Shown here: positions 42,906-59,873 of the stretch, piece after piece
Numbering within the stretch: position 1 is the first letter of the stretch
How the letters are laid out: every line of letters starts with the position of its first letter
NCBI RefSeq assembly: GCF_009914755.1
Contig: NC_060937.1
From: the human T2T-CHM13v2.0 reference genome, Homo sapiens
Direction: 5' to 3' (one strand)
DNA: 64,000 bases
The notes under the pieces: model-generated
What the model was told of the DNA's origin: nothing
Databases searched by the model: none
What the model saw: the letters and a program-made list of their open reading frames with translations, nothing else
Made by a program: the position numbers and the translations under genes

Positions 42906-43666
42906 TCTTTATTATTATGAATAGTTTACAATTGTTTAAAAGGAACTTTATAATGAAATAAATAGTTCGGAAGAATGGTCCAAGAATCTAAGTCAAGATG
43001 AGCTGAACTGGGGTAAATAAACCTAGGAATTATGATGAGCTAATTGAATCGGGCTTGTGAAAATTAATTTACATGACAGGTAAAACATGTTAAAACATTT
43101 AGATATTTACTTCCATATAGCAGTCACTTTAATAAAATATCAGTTTACTGTTACTTGTGGCTTCTCTAGTTAGTAAGAACTTTAACAGACTGTATTGGGA
43201 CAAGTCTACGTCTCTTTTAGGAACTAATCTCACAAGTTGTTGTGATGCTGTAGCTGGATACTCGGGGTCAGCTGTCGGAGATGATGCTACTTTTTCTTTT
43301 ATCTTTGACTTGCAAAGAGCCTCCCCTTTTTTTGGACCCAGGCACGTTTTCTGGACCTTGGTGCCATTTGTATACCCATGATCCTGTGATCCCAAATGAT
43401 AGTAGATGGTGCCTTGAACCTAGCACCTTCAATTAAAGGCTGCCTCGTGCTCTCAGGAAAGCTTGCTGCTCTACATACTTTAAAAGGCAGAAAAGCAACA
43501 AATCTGTTTGGTGCTTATTTGTAATTTTAAGGATCAGTTATAGATAAATATATTTGTAATGAGAGTAAATATACTCATGGGATCAATTTGGGGATTTTTA
43601 AACATCCCAAAGGAGAATTTTTATATCTAGTCTTTTGTTATTTCGTGAATGTTTGCAAGCTGTTAC

Positions 43667-43763
43667 CTCCGGGAGGTGGAGGTTGCAGTGAGTTGTGATC
43701 ACACCACTGCATTCTAGCCAGGGCATCAGAGCAAGACCCTGTTTAAAAAAAAGAAGAGAAAAA
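43667..43763 (+). mobile_element. Alu 3' fragment
   Basis: ccgggaggtggaggttgcagtgag..A tail. Confidence 0.85.
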
Positions 43764-44001
43764 GGTGATCGTGGATTTCCTTTTCTTATTCCTAATTGAC
43801 AGGGAAATCATTCAATATTTCACCATTAAACAACATGATGATTTTCTAGTTTTTTTTGTAAATATGCTTCATTTATTCCCAGTGTACTGAGTTTTTGCTT
43901 ATTTATGACCAGATCTCAAATTATATAAATTACTTTTTCAGTATTACCTAGAAGATCATATGGTTCTTCTCTTTTATTAATATGATGAATTACATTGATT
44001 G

Positions 44002-44316
<315 letters not shown>

Positions 44317-45055
44317 TGATTGATTTTTAAACATTAACTTCACATTTCTAGAATAAACCCCAATAATCTTTCATTTTGACAGCATTCCTAGAAAAGGGGA
44401 TTTTCACATAAAGTTTACCATCACCTTAAGAAGAAAACTCTTTAAAACTTTTTGGGGAGCGGTATGTCTAAATAGTTCTCCTGCTCCCATGCCTGTTTAA
44501 AGGTAATGAAGTGGACAATCTCACTTCTTCTTGTGGACTCAGAGTTGCCATTGTCACTGACATTTGTTCCACAGACGCTCACAAGGGGCCATCTGTTCCC
44601 TGTTCTGACTGACAAAATAATAGCTATTGAATAGAATGTGTTCTGTTATTCCAAAGATATGAATATGTGTTCAATAACTATCAGCACTATACAGCACTCT
44701 GGGTTTTTATTGTTGCTGCAGATGCTGTTTTTGTTGAGTACTTATATTGCTTTTTTTCTCTTTCTTGCTGTTTGAGTACCAAGTATTACTTCTTGCTGCT
44801 TTTAGTGCATTTGTTTCTGTTTCCTCTCTCTCTCAATTTGATTTTCTAAAAAGAAAGAGCTAACCTTGTTAGATTTGTTTGTGTCTATATACATTTCAAT
44901 TTATATCTATTTATATAAAGTAAGAGCAGCTTGTTTCTGAGTGAGGGCATATTGGATGTTCCCGGAAGAAAAAAAAAGTGTGCTCTTTGTATGACTAATT
45001 GTGGCTGTGTAAAGTTTTTGTTTGCTTACGATATGCTTTCTATTCTGTATTAGAA

Positions 45056-45445
45056 TGTGGAGACTCAATGTTTTTGTCCCCTAGAAGCGCATGGGTTGAA
45101 TCCTAACCCCTAATATGATGATGGGAGTTAGGTCCTTTGAGTGGTGACTAGGTCATGAGGGTGGAGCCTTCAGGAATGGGATTAGTGCTCTTGTAGAAAG
45201 GCTTCAATCCCATTTTATATATATATAAATTTAACATTTAATTTTAAAATTACAGTTAATAGAGTTCCCTGGCCCCTTCTATGTTGAGACATGGTGAAAA
45301 GGCAGCCTCTATCAACCAGAAAGCAGACTCTTTTCAGCCAGTAAGTTTTCTGACACCTTGATCTTGGACTTCCCAACTGTGAGAAATAAATTTCTGTTGT
45401 TTACAAGCCACCAGTTTATGGTATTTTGTAAGAACAGCGTGAATG
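45056..45445 (+). mobile_element. MLT1-type MaLR LTR
   Basis: aatgtttttgtcccc..ggtcatgagggtggagcc..gtgagaaataaatttctgttgtttacaagccaccagtttatggtattttgt. Confidence 0.8.
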
Positions 45446-45597
45446 AATTGAGAGAGTTGAGATTGCTGGATAAGTAAATACTATGATATGTTAATGTCAT
45501 CTGTCAGGCAGTGGACTTAATTCAAGTTTGGATAATTGAGAGTAATAACATTCAAGCCTAATACAGTAATATGCACATTTTATATAAAATATTAGGG

Positions 45598-45852
45598 CTT
45601 TGGGAGGCCAAGGCAGGAGGATAGCTTGAGGCCAGGAATTCAGTAACAGTCTGGGCAACATAACAACACCTCCATCTCTGCAAAAATAGAGAAAGAAATT
45701 ATCCAGGCATGGTGGTGCCTGTAGTCCCAGCTATTTGGGAGGCTGATGCAAGATGATCACTTGAGCCCAGGAGTTGGAAGCTGCAGTGGGCTATGGTCCC
45801 ATCTCTGCACTTCAGCCTGGGAGACAGAGCAAGACTTTGTCTCAAAAAAGAT

Positions 45853-45891
<39 letters not shown>

Positions 45892-45892
45892 A
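45598..45892 (+). mobile_element. 5'-truncated AluJ-like element with (TA)n(TG)n microsatellite tail
   Basis: Alu body 45598-45850 followed by a TA/TG repeat. Confidence 0.88.
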
Positions 45893-46289
45893 TAATTTTA
45901 TTATTAACTAAATATAAATATGTGTTTAACAAATATATATAAATGTTTGACATATAATTTTAAAATTACAGTTAATAAATTCTACTGATAACAAACCACA
46001 TTAGTTAGATTTTTTTTAACATACAATTCTTCAAGAATAAACTTGATGCCATTGTCAGCAAACTGAACTGCCACCCAGCTTTACTTTATGTTTATTTTCC
46101 TTTATACTTCTATTTACCTATGGCTTCTGGTAAGGCATCCAACCTAATTATTCACTAGATTTTTAGTCAACACTTAGTATGTACCAATCCTTGTTTTCAT
46201 CACCAGGAGCGCAAAATTGACAACGCTCCTTGAGGCATTTGATCTAATTGGATGGCATTAGATGGCTCATGTCTAAGTGATTTCGAGTG

Positions 46290-46495
46290 CCCTCTCCTCT
46301 CCTTGGGCCTTTGGCAATGTCTGTAGGTGTTTTTGATTGTTATAAATAGGGGTTAAGGAACAAATGTGCTCCTGGCATCTGGTAGGTGGAGTCCAGGAAT
46401 GCTGCCAAACATTCTGCTGTGCACAGAACAACCCCCTAGCAAAGAACGATCTGACTCCAAATGTCCATAGTGCTGAGATGGAGAAACACCGCCTA
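46290..46495 (+). mobile_element. MER20 DNA transposon
   Basis: ggcaatgtctg..ctggcatctggtaggtggagtccaggaatgctgccaaacattct..aatgtccatagtgctgag. Confidence 0.8.
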
Positions 46496-46999
46496 GAAGG
46501 AATGATGAACACAGAAACAGATGAGTCTGAAACAAGGGGATAAATACAGTAAAAAATTGATAGTCTATTAGTAGAGTACCATTAGTACTGTTAGTGGCTC
46601 TTCTATTAGTAGAAAGCTTGTTTTTGAAGATGTATTCCTTCCTGTATAGTTCCATAGCTACATTAAAACATTTTTATCGTGGAAGATTTTAAGCATGCAA
46701 AAAATAAAAGAGTTAAACTCATTTTCCACCTTCAGCCATTACCAACTTCATCAATTTTGTTTCATATGTACTCACCCCCTCCCACTTTGACAGGTTATTC
46801 TAAAACAAACTTGCACATCATATACTTTAATTTGCAACCACTTCAAGTGTATACCTCAAAAAGATAAGACATTCTTTTCAAAAATACAACTCTTTATTTT
46901 TAATCACAGCAAAAACATTCCTTAATGCATGGATACATTCTTTACATGACAAAACAAGAACAAAAACAAAAGACCCCATGGGTTTTTTGGTTTGATGTT

Positions 47000-48240
47000 A
47001 TTAAGACATCTGTCCCATCTCCCTCCCTGTATCTTTATCTTGAGTTGAGCAGGAGAGGTATTGAAATCTTTCTTCTTTTATGTATCTTGTTGATTGGTGG
47101 CATATCTATCAGAGTACTCCATGCTGACCGACGCTACCTGGGCAGTGATTTAACCTGCAAACTTTGCCGATTTCTGTATGTTAGGGGTTTGGACCGGTGC
47201 TTGTTTTAGTGTGCCTGGCACAGGATTTTTGTCTGACTTGGCCCCAGCCTGCGCACTGACTGCCCATCCCGCACCCCATGACCAAGTTTTCCCTGGATAC
47301 ATGATTTTTTTTAACTGGCAGGCCCCCAAGTGATACTTTTCTCTGTCTTTGTACCAGTTGATTCTAACAACAGACTTTTTCTTTGGAGACTGACATCCCT
47401 CACAGAATGGTGGCAACTACCCTAATGGCTTTTAAAGGGTCAACCCTTGCCTACCATTTTAGAAAGCAAATTTTGTTCTTGAAAGATGTTCAGAAACAAA
47501 TGGGGGAAAAAGCAAGCAGTAAACAAATGTATAAGAATATGCTAACAACTCAGAACAAAACTGAAACCAAAAGTTCATTTACCAGGATCAGAAACACAAA
47601 CAAAGACTTTTTATCTATTCTGGCAAGTCATTTCTAGTAAAAAGACAGTTTGCGTGACTTGCCAGAATACATAAAAAGTCTTTTATAGTCCCAGAAGGGA
47701 TACGAGAGCCTTTACTACAGTGACTTAACCCACTCAGGTCCTAAATAAGCTCAACAGACAGCTGCTATCAAAGGAAGGAAGCCTGACCTGAGAGATGTAC
47801 CTGGGTAGAAAAAAGGCAATCCGCGGAAGTACAGCTCAATTGTGTGTACCTCGTCTTGTCCCAAAGGTTGCCGATCTGTTTTAAAGGTACCCTTGTTTCA
47901 TCCCACTTCTGACCACAGAGTATGTCAACCTAAAAAAAAAGACACTTAAGAATCTTACTTCCAGATATGTTGAATTTATTCAGGAGTGGAAAAAGTGGTT
48001 TATCAGAGATTCACAGAGTGGCAACCCACAAGTGCCATCTGCTGAAAGGTAAAGGGACGCTTTTTTTTAGCAGGAAGAGAGAGGTTCATGTAACCTACTT
48101 AGGAACAGAGTTTATTGGTTCCAAAGGCATGAAGTCAGAGTTGTCATCAGTTTATCGGCGGAGATGCTGTTATTGGGGCAAGTATTCCTTAGAGTATTTT
48201 ATTGGAATTATTACAGCCCTAAAGAGTGTCTAGTAATGCA
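47000..48240. mobile_element. ERV internal/LTR relic (family not determined)
   Basis: ERV-like leader and LTR motifs (cccacttctgaccacaga-tatgtcaacc); weak recognition. Confidence 0.4.
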
Positions 48241-48279
48241 CTTTTTTTTAAGTTAAATGAGATATATTATTACAATTAA

Positions 48280-50479
<2,200 letters not shown>

Positions 50480-51159
50480 AAATACTTGTATACGTGTGAA
50501 ACATGCCAGACTTCCAAGACAGGAGATGTGTGACAGATGTGAAGGGATTTCTTGGGAGGTGTTTAGGAAGCCTTTGGAAGCAGTTCTTATCTCAGACATG
50601 CAAGCACGAGCCTCCTCTTTTGTGCATTCCCAGCCCTGTTTTGTCAGCGTCTGAAAAGAGTGATTCCATCCTGGTATGTGCAATTCTCACAGCTTGTATA
50701 GATAAAATTTTGCAACTGTGCAAATATTTCCGCAGAGTAAATATCTAGGAATAGAAGAAGTAGTTCAAAAAGTAAACACATTTGAAATTCTAATAACTAT
50801 TGTCAACAGCCCTCCTCAGTGCTGGTACTAATTACACTTCTAAGAGCTGTGTATGATGGGAGCTGTTTTCCCTCACCCTCACCAGAAGTACTTTTTTATA
50901 TTTTTCAGTTTTCCTACTTGATAAGTGAGCAGTGATTTCTTAGTATTGTTTTAATTTGAATTTTTTTTATTATGAGCAAAGTCGAGCATCTTTTCTGATG
51001 ATTAAAATGCTGTTGTATTTCCTTTTCTGTTAACTGTTGTTCTGGTCATTTTTTCTATTGGATTGTTGGTTTTTTCCTTATGGATTTCTAGAGGAACACT
51101 GTTTTACTCATAGTTCGTCTTTTGACATTATTTATAGTGTTTTCATCATATAGGCTTAC

Positions 51160-51455
51160 TTTTTTTTTTGAATCAGGGTCTTACTCTGTTGCCCTAGATG
51201 GAATGCAATGGCACAATCATGGGTCATTGCAACCTCCTATCTCCCAGGCTCAAGTAATCCTCCTGCCTCAGCCTCTCAAGCAGCTGGGAATACAGGTGTG
51301 GGCCACCACGCCCAGCTAATTGTTATATTTTTTGTTTGTAGATACGGAGCTTCACCGTGTTTCCCAGGCTAGTCTCACAATCCTGGGCACAAGTGTTTCA
51401 CCCACCTCAGCCACCCAAAGTGCTGGGATTATAGATGTGAACCACTGTGCCCAGC
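51160..51455 (-). mobile_element. Alu (AluJ-like)
   Basis: Diverged Alu antisense. Confidence 0.88.
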
Positions 51456-51492
51456 CAACAATTTTTATAATGACCTCTGGATTGTATATCAT

Positions 51493-52147
<655 letters not shown>

Positions 52148-52167
52148 TCAGAAAGGCTTTTCCCATT

Positions 52168-52502
52168 TGCTATGGTTTGAATGTATCTCTCAAAGTTCAT
52201 GTGTTGGAAACTTAATCCCCGATGCAAGTGTCGAGAAGTGGGACTTTTAAGAGGTGATCAGGCTATGATGAGTCTGCCCTCATGAGTGGATTAATAGTGT
52301 CGTTTTGGGATGAGTTCCTGATAAATAGATGAGTTCACCTCCTTCCTCTCATACTCTCTCATGTGTGCTTTTGTGCCTTTCTGTCCTTCTACCATGGGAT
52401 GACACAGGAAGAAGGTCCTAGCCAGATGCAGCCCCCTGATCTTGGACTTCCAAGCCTTCAGAAGCATGAGCCAAATACATTTCTGTCTATTATAAATTAT
52501 CT
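52168..52502 (+). mobile_element. MST-type MaLR LTR
   Basis: tgctatggtttgaatgt..aaagttcatgtgttggaaacttaatcccc..gatcttggacttcc. Confidence 0.85.
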
Positions 52503-52811
52503 TTTTTTCACTGATTTTAGATGAAATTTTTACTGTAAATTCTTGTATGTATTTGGGTGTATTTCTCTGGACTTTTTGATAACATGTTTCTCCTGTTTAT
52601 AATTATAGCAACTTTATGTTTTAATATTTGCACTTCTTTTTCAAAGTTTTCCTAATATTCTTGTTTGCTTTTCAACATGAATATTAAAAGTAGTTTAATA
52701 AATGAAACAATAACAACAAAACAATAATACCTATTGGCATTTAATTTACGAATGAACTAAGGAAGAATTGCCATCTTTATTATGTTGAGGTTTCTTGTTC
52801 AAGTACACAAA

Positions 52812-53990
52812 TTTTTTTTTTTTTTTAATTGATCATTCTTGGGTGTTTCTCGCAGAGGGGGATTTGGCAGGGTCATAGGACAATAGTGGAGGGAAGGTCA
52901 GCAGATAAACAAGTGAACAAAGGTCTCTGGTTTTCCTAGGCAGAGGACCCTGCGGCCTTCCGCAGTGTTTGTGTCCCGGGGTACTTGAGATTAGGGAGTG
53001 GTGATGACTCTTAACGAGCATGCTGCCTTCAAGCATCTGTTTAACAAAGCACATCTTGCACCGCCCTTAATCCATTTAACCCTGAGTGGACACAGCACAT
53101 GTTTCAGAGAGCACAGGGTTGGGGGTAAGGTCACAGATCAACAGGATCCCAAGGCAGAAGAATTTTTCTTAGTACAGAACAAAATGAAAAGTCTCCCATG
53201 TCTACTACTTTCCACACAGACATGGCAACCATCCGATTTCTCAATCTTTTCCCCACCTTTCCCCCCTTTCTATTCCACAAAACCGCCATTGTCATCATGG
53301 CCCGTTCTCAATGAGCTGTTGGGTACACCTCCCAGACGGGGTAGTGGCCTGGCAAAGGGGCTCCTCACTTCCCAGTAGGGGCGGCCGGGCAGAGGCGCCC
53401 CTCACCTCCCGGACGGGCCGGCTGGCCGGGCGGGGGGCTGACCCCCCCACCTCCCTCCCGGACGGGGCGGCTGGCCTGGCGGGGGACTGACCCCCCCACC
53501 TCCCTCCCGGATGGGGTGACTGCCGGGCGGAGAGGCTCCTCACTTCTCAGACGGGGCGGCTGCCGGGCGGATGGGCTCCTCACTTCTCAGACGGGGCGGT
53601 TGCCAGGCAGAAGGTCTCCTCACTTCTCAGACGGGGTGGCCGGGCAGAGTCGCTCCTCACCTCCCAGACGGGGCGGCGGGGCAGAGGCGCTCCCCACATC
53701 TCAGACGATGGGCGGCCGGGCAGAGACGCTCCTCACTTCCTAGATGGGATGGCGGCCGGGCAGAGACGCTCCTCACTTTCCAGACTGGGCAGCCAGGCAG
53801 AGGGGCTCCTCCCATCCCAGACGATGGGCGGCCAGGCAGAGACTCTCCTCACTTCCCAGACGGGGTGGCGGCCGGGCAGAGGCTGCAATCTCGGCATTTT
53901 GGGAGGCCAAGGCAGGCGGCTGGGAGGTGGAGGTTGTAGCGAGCCGAGATCACGCCACTGCACTCCAGCCTGGGCACCATTGAGCACTGC
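52812..53990 (-). mobile_element. SVA retrotransposon (SVA_D-like), 5'-truncated
   Basis: poly-T, SINE-R (~52830-53325), GC-rich VNTR (~53325-53880), partial Alu-like domain; TSD caagtacacaaat at 52800-52812 and 53991-54003; no CCCTCT hexamer. Confidence 0.96.
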
Positions 53991-54125
53991 CAAGTACACA
54001 AATGTTTTTCCATTTGTTTAAGTATTTTTGTTTTGATTTTGATGTATTCTTTATATAGCTCATGTGATTTCTCACTTATTAATTCCAATGGATTGTTCGT
54101 TGTTGCTATTGTGACAAGTGAACTC

Positions 54126-54620
54126 TGTATCAGTAGGAGTTCCAGTAGGGAACAAATGACTCTATTTATATTGGTTAACTAGAGAGATAAAAAGTGATAT
54201 TTACAAAAATGTAAACAAAATAAAGAAAAACCAAGGAAAAAGAGTATTACCTTTGAGCTAGTAACAGTAGTCCTGGTCCCTCATTTTCACACCTAGGCAT
54301 GAATGGTTGGAAGGAGTAGTTGCTGTACTCCAGAGACAGCACTCTTATTGGAGAGGCCAACTGATAAGAGCTATACATTGCCCTTGCCCACTGTGATCCC
54401 TCCAGAAAATAGGGATAAAAGAGAAAATAAGTATGCTACCCCACTCTCCTCCATTCCTTAGATCTCCTGTTGGGGCTTCCCAGTGGCCAAGCCCAACCAG
54501 AGGCAAGAGGGCAAGAGAGTCTATTGCTAGGATCAATACTGTCGAGGCTTGCTGGGGCGAGAGCAGGAGGGAGTCCAGTGAGAGTTAATCTGGAGACAAA
54601 CAGAGGACACCCAACGCTGT
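54126..54620. mobile_element. Ancient MaLR/ERVL-type LTR relic
   Basis: tgtatcagt start and gcttcccagtggccaagcccaaccagaggcaagagggcaag motif. Confidence 0.45.
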
Positions 54621-54686
54621 GTCCTTTCTCCCACTGAATCTTCTATTGACAGTTATTTTTTATATTTGAAAGACACTGATTTTTAC

Positions 54687-54989
54687 TTTTTTTTTTTTTT
54701 TGAGACAAGGTCTCACTCTGTAGCCCAGTCTGGAGTACAGTGGGGCAATCATGGCTCGTTGCAGCCTCAACCTCCCTGGGCTTAAACAGTCCTTGAGGCC
54801 ATCTCAGCCCCTGGAGTAGCTGGGACCACAGACTTGCACCACCACGCCCAGCTGATTTTTGTTTTTCTTGTAGAAACGAGGTTTCGCCATGTTGGTCAGG
54901 CTGGTCTCAAACTCCTGAGCTCAAGCGATCCGCCAGCCTGGGCCTCCCAGAGTGCTGGGATTACAGACTTGGGTCACCGCACCTGGCCT
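54687..54989 (-). mobile_element. Alu (AluJ-like)
   Basis: Alu antisense. Confidence 0.9.
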
Positions 54990-54999
54990 GTGAATTTTA

Positions 55000-55344
<345 letters not shown>

Positions 55345-55440
55345 TTAACCTGATAAATTTCCAACCTGTTTTTCCAAATGAATGTTAGGTACAGTGTAAC
55401 TAACCACTGGCAATAGATGAGTATTCCAGTTGTTCTACCT

Positions 55441-55553
55441 TCCAGCACTTTGGGAGGCCCAGGAGGGTGGACTGCTTGAGCTCAAGAGTTGCCCAGCCTG
55501 GGGAACATAGAGAGACCTCATCTCTATTCTTTAAAAAATTAAAAAGAAAAAAA
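55441..55553 (+). mobile_element. Alu monomer (FLAM-like)
   Basis: ccagcactttgggaggcc..A tail. Confidence 0.8.
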
Positions 55554-55650
55554 GTTACTGGCTATTTATGTATATTCTCTTATGAAGGGCCTGTTTAAAT
55601 CTTTTGTCCATTTTTGATGGAGTTGTCTTCTTATTGGTAAATTGTAATAG

Positions 55651-55943
55651 TTTTTTTTTTTTTTGAGACGGAGTCTCGCTCTTTTTCCCAGGCTGGAGTG
55701 CAGTGGTACAGTCTCAGCTCACTGCAAGCTCCGTCTCCTGGTTCACGCCATTCTCCTGCCTCAGCCTTCCGAGTAGCTGGGACTACGGGCGCCCGCCACC
55801 AGGCCGGCTGATTTTTTGTATTTTTAGTAGAGATGGGGTTTCACCGTGTTAGCCAGGATGGTCTGGATCTCCTGACCTCATGATCTGCCTGTCTCGGCCT
55901 CCCAAAGTGCTGGGATTACAGGCATGAGCCACCGCGCCCGGCC
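55651..55943 (-). mobile_element. AluY
   Basis: Y diagnostics; TSD tgtaatagtt. Confidence 0.94.
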
Positions 55944-56553
55944 TGTAATAGTTCTTTATATATGCAAGACACAGGCCTTTGTTGGAAACATGTTTTGCAA
56001 ACTTTTTTCCCGTTTTATTTTCTGAAGAGGGTTTTTTGAAGAGCAAAAGGTTTTCATTTTAATGAAATTTAATTTATTAATTTTTTTGTTTCATGCCTTT
56101 ATGTCTTAATAAGAAACTTTCTCCTAACCTAATATCACAAATATATCCTTCTATTTTTTTCTGACTTAAGTTTTAAGATTTTAGTTCTTAAATTTAGGTC
56201 TATGACCCATTCTGAGTTAATTTTGTTATACAATAAAAGATAAGGGTCCAGACCCTTTTTCCTCCCATACAGAAACTATTCTAGTGCTGTTTGTTGAAAA
56301 CACTAGCCTTTCATTCACTGAATGAAAATTTGGTGCTTTAATAAACATGAGTTGACTATGCGTATGTGGGTCTACTTCTGGACTGGACTCTGTCCCACTG
56401 ATTGTTGTGCCTTTCCTTATCCCCATACCACACACTCTTGATAACTGAAGTATTATAGTCAGTCTTCGTATCAGGTAGTTTAAGTCCTCCAACCTTCTCT
56501 TTCTAAAATTGTTGAGCTGTTGTGAGTCCTTTTTATTTTCATATCAAGTTTAG

Positions 56554-56868
<315 letters not shown>

Positions 56869-58263
56869 CCAGTTACTTGTCAATTTCTAAAACAATGTGC
56901 TTGCTATGATATTTATTAAAATTGCATCAACTCTATCATAGATTCAGGAAAAATTAATATCTTAACATTATTGAGTCTTCCAGTTCATAAATATGACCTA
57001 TGTCTCCATGTACTTAGGTCTTTTAAAATTTCTTTATCAGTGTATAGATCTTCCACATCTTTGGTTAAATTTATTCCTGAATATGTTTGTTATTTTGAAC
57101 GTATTTGTTTTTTTTCTATTTTATTTCCATAAGTTTTTGGGGAACAGGTTGTGTTTGGTTACATGAATAAGTTCTTCAGTGGTGGTATCTGAGATTCTGG
57201 TGCATCCATCAATCTGAGCAGTATACACCGTACCCAATTTGTAGTCTTTTAACCTTTATCCCCCTCCCACCCTTTCCCCACAAGCCCCCAAAGTCCACCG
57301 TATCATTCTTATGGCTTTGTATCCTCATAGCTTATCTCCCACTTATGAGTGAGAACATACCGTATTTCTTTTTTAAATGTCATTTTCAATTGCTTGCTAC
57401 TGATATACAGAAATAAAATGTGATTATTGCATATTGATCTCTTATCCTGTGATCTTGCTGTAATCACTTGGTCTAGGAGATTTTGTATATTCCTTTAGGA
57501 TTGTTTATATACATAATTATGTTGACTATGTAAATAAGACAGTTTTACTTCTTCCTTTACAAACTGTGTTTTTTTTTTCTTGTCTTTTTGAACTATCTTT
57601 GTAAGAGTGGATATTTCTGTCTTGTTTCTGTTCTAAGGTAGAAAGCACTTAGTTTTTCACAATTAAATATGATGTTAGCTCTAAGTTTTTTACAGATGCC
57701 CTTTTTTAGGTTGAGGAAATTTCATCCTATTCTGAGTTTGCCAAGAGTTTTATCATGAATTGGTGTTGAACTTTGTCAAATAGTTTTTTCCTGCATCTGT
57801 TGAAATGATCACATGATTTTTCTCCTATATTCTATTAAAATGGTGAATTATATTATTTGCTTTTCATATCAAAGCAACATTGCATTTGTTGGAGAAACAC
57901 CAGTTGATCATGGTACTTTTTTAAAAAAAATTGCTAGATTCAATTTCTTAATATTTTGTTTAAAATTTTTGCATTTATTTTCATGAAGGATATTAGTCTA
58001 TAGTTTTCTTAGTATGTCTCTGTCAAGTATTAAACCAAGGTATTGCAGGCCTTATAAAATGAGTAGAGCAGTATTCCCTCTTCTTTTACCTGACATAGTT
58101 TGGGAGAGATGGTTATGTGTTAAAACATAATTTTTTCACTTAACATGTTAAAACTTAAATGTTTCAAAAAACTTAAATATTTCATAAAATTCACCATGAA
58201 GTCATCAGAGTCTGGAGTTTTCTCTGTCGAAAAGTTTTTATTTAAAAAATAATTTTTACTAAT

Positions 58264-58549
58264 AGTCTGGGCACAGTGGCTCATACCTGTAAGCTCAGCA
58301 CTTTGGGAGGTTAAGGTGGGAGGATTGCTTAAGCCCTGGAATTCAAGACCAGTCTGAGCACTGTAAGGAGACCTTGTATCTACAAAAAAAAATTTTTTTT
58401 TAATTAACTAGGCTTGGTGGTGTGTGCCTGTAGTCCTAGTTACTGAGGAGGCTGAGGTGGGAGGATCACTTGAGCCCAAGAGGTCAAGGCTGCTGTGAGC
58501 CATGGTCAGGCCACTGAAGTCCAGCCTGGGCAAAAAAGTGAGACACTGT
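58264..58549 (+). mobile_element. Alu (AluJ-like)
   Basis: Diverged Alu. Confidence 0.88.
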
Positions 58550-58764
58550 TTCATAGGAATCGTAATAGTAATTTGTTGTAGGGCAATCTGGGTCTTCTGG
58601 GTTTTTGTGAGTCTGTTTTTGTAATTTCTGTCTTTCAGAGAATCTTTTTTATCTAAATTATTGAACTTTTTGGCATAGTGTTGCTCACAATTTTTTTTCT
58701 TATTTTTCTTTTGATAACTGTAAGAACTGTACCAATAATTCTCTCCCATTTCTGATATTGATAA

Positions 58765-59092
58765 TTTTTTCTTTTTCTTTTCTTTTTTATTTATTTATTT
58801 ATTTTTTTGAGACAGGTTCTAGCTCTGTCACCCAGGCTGGAGTGCAGTGGTGCAGTATCTGCTGACTGCATCCCTTCACCTCCTGGGTTCAAGCAATCCT
58901 CCTGCCTCCGACTCTGGAGTAGCTGGGATTACAGGCACGCATCACCACACCCGGCTAATTTTTGTATTTTTAGTAGAGATGGGGTTTACCATGTTGGTCA
59001 GGCTGGTCTCAAACTCCTAACTTCAAGTGATCCACCTGTCTCGGCCTCCCAAAGTGCTGGGATTACAAGCGTGAGCTACTGGGCACCTGGCC
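58765..59092 (-). mobile_element. AluS
   Basis: Full Alu antisense. Confidence 0.9.
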
Positions 59093-59574
59093 TGTGGCCA
59101 TTGATTTTTAATTGACCAGGTTGGCTAAAAGTTTATCAATTTTCAGAGAGCAAGCTTTTGATTCCATTGACTTTTGAGTGTGTCCGTTTTCTGTTTCATT
59201 GATTTCCACTGTTACCTTTATTATTTCTTTCCTTCTACTTACTTTGGGTTTATATCATTATGAGATGATCTTGTTTATCTCTAGCACCACTTTTTTCTTA
59301 AAATCTCTTTGTGGTAATGCAGCTACTTCAGCTTTCTGATGCTTTCTTATGTTTCCATGGTATGCGTTTTTTCATTCTTTTACTTTCGACTCATTTGTAC
59401 TTTTGCATTTAAATAGCATCTTTTGTAGACAGCACATACGTTCTTGTTTTTATTAATATATTCCACCTGCTAATCTCTGTCTTTTGGTTCGACTGTTTCA
59501 TCTATTTATATTTACTTTTTTTTCAGGGATGGAGTTTCTCTGTTGCCCAGGCTGGAGTGCTGTTCACAGGTCTC

Positions 59575-59873
59575 CTAACATTCTCTATTTGTCTTTTTTT
59601 GTTTGTTTTTGAGACAGGGTCTCATTTTGTGGAGTGCAGTGGTACAGTCACAGCTCGCTGCAACCTCAACCTCCTGGGCTCAAGCGATCTTCCCTCCTCA
59701 ACCACTGGAGCAGCTGGAGTACAAGCATGCAGCACCACACCCAACTAATTAAAAAAAATTTTTTTTTTGGTAGAGATGGCGGTCTTGCTATGTCTCCCAG
59801 CTGCTCTTGAACTCCTGGCCTCACCTTGGCCTCCCAAAATGCTGGGATTATAGGCATGAGGCACCATGCCAGC
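59575..59873 (-). mobile_element. Alu (AluJ-like, internal deletions)
   Basis: Diverged Alu antisense. Confidence 0.85.

Noticed and set aside
46204-46230. Small hairpin aggagcg..cgctcct resembling a terminator
   Set aside because: A 7-bp stem is expected by chance in 64 kb and has no meaning as a bacterial terminator here.
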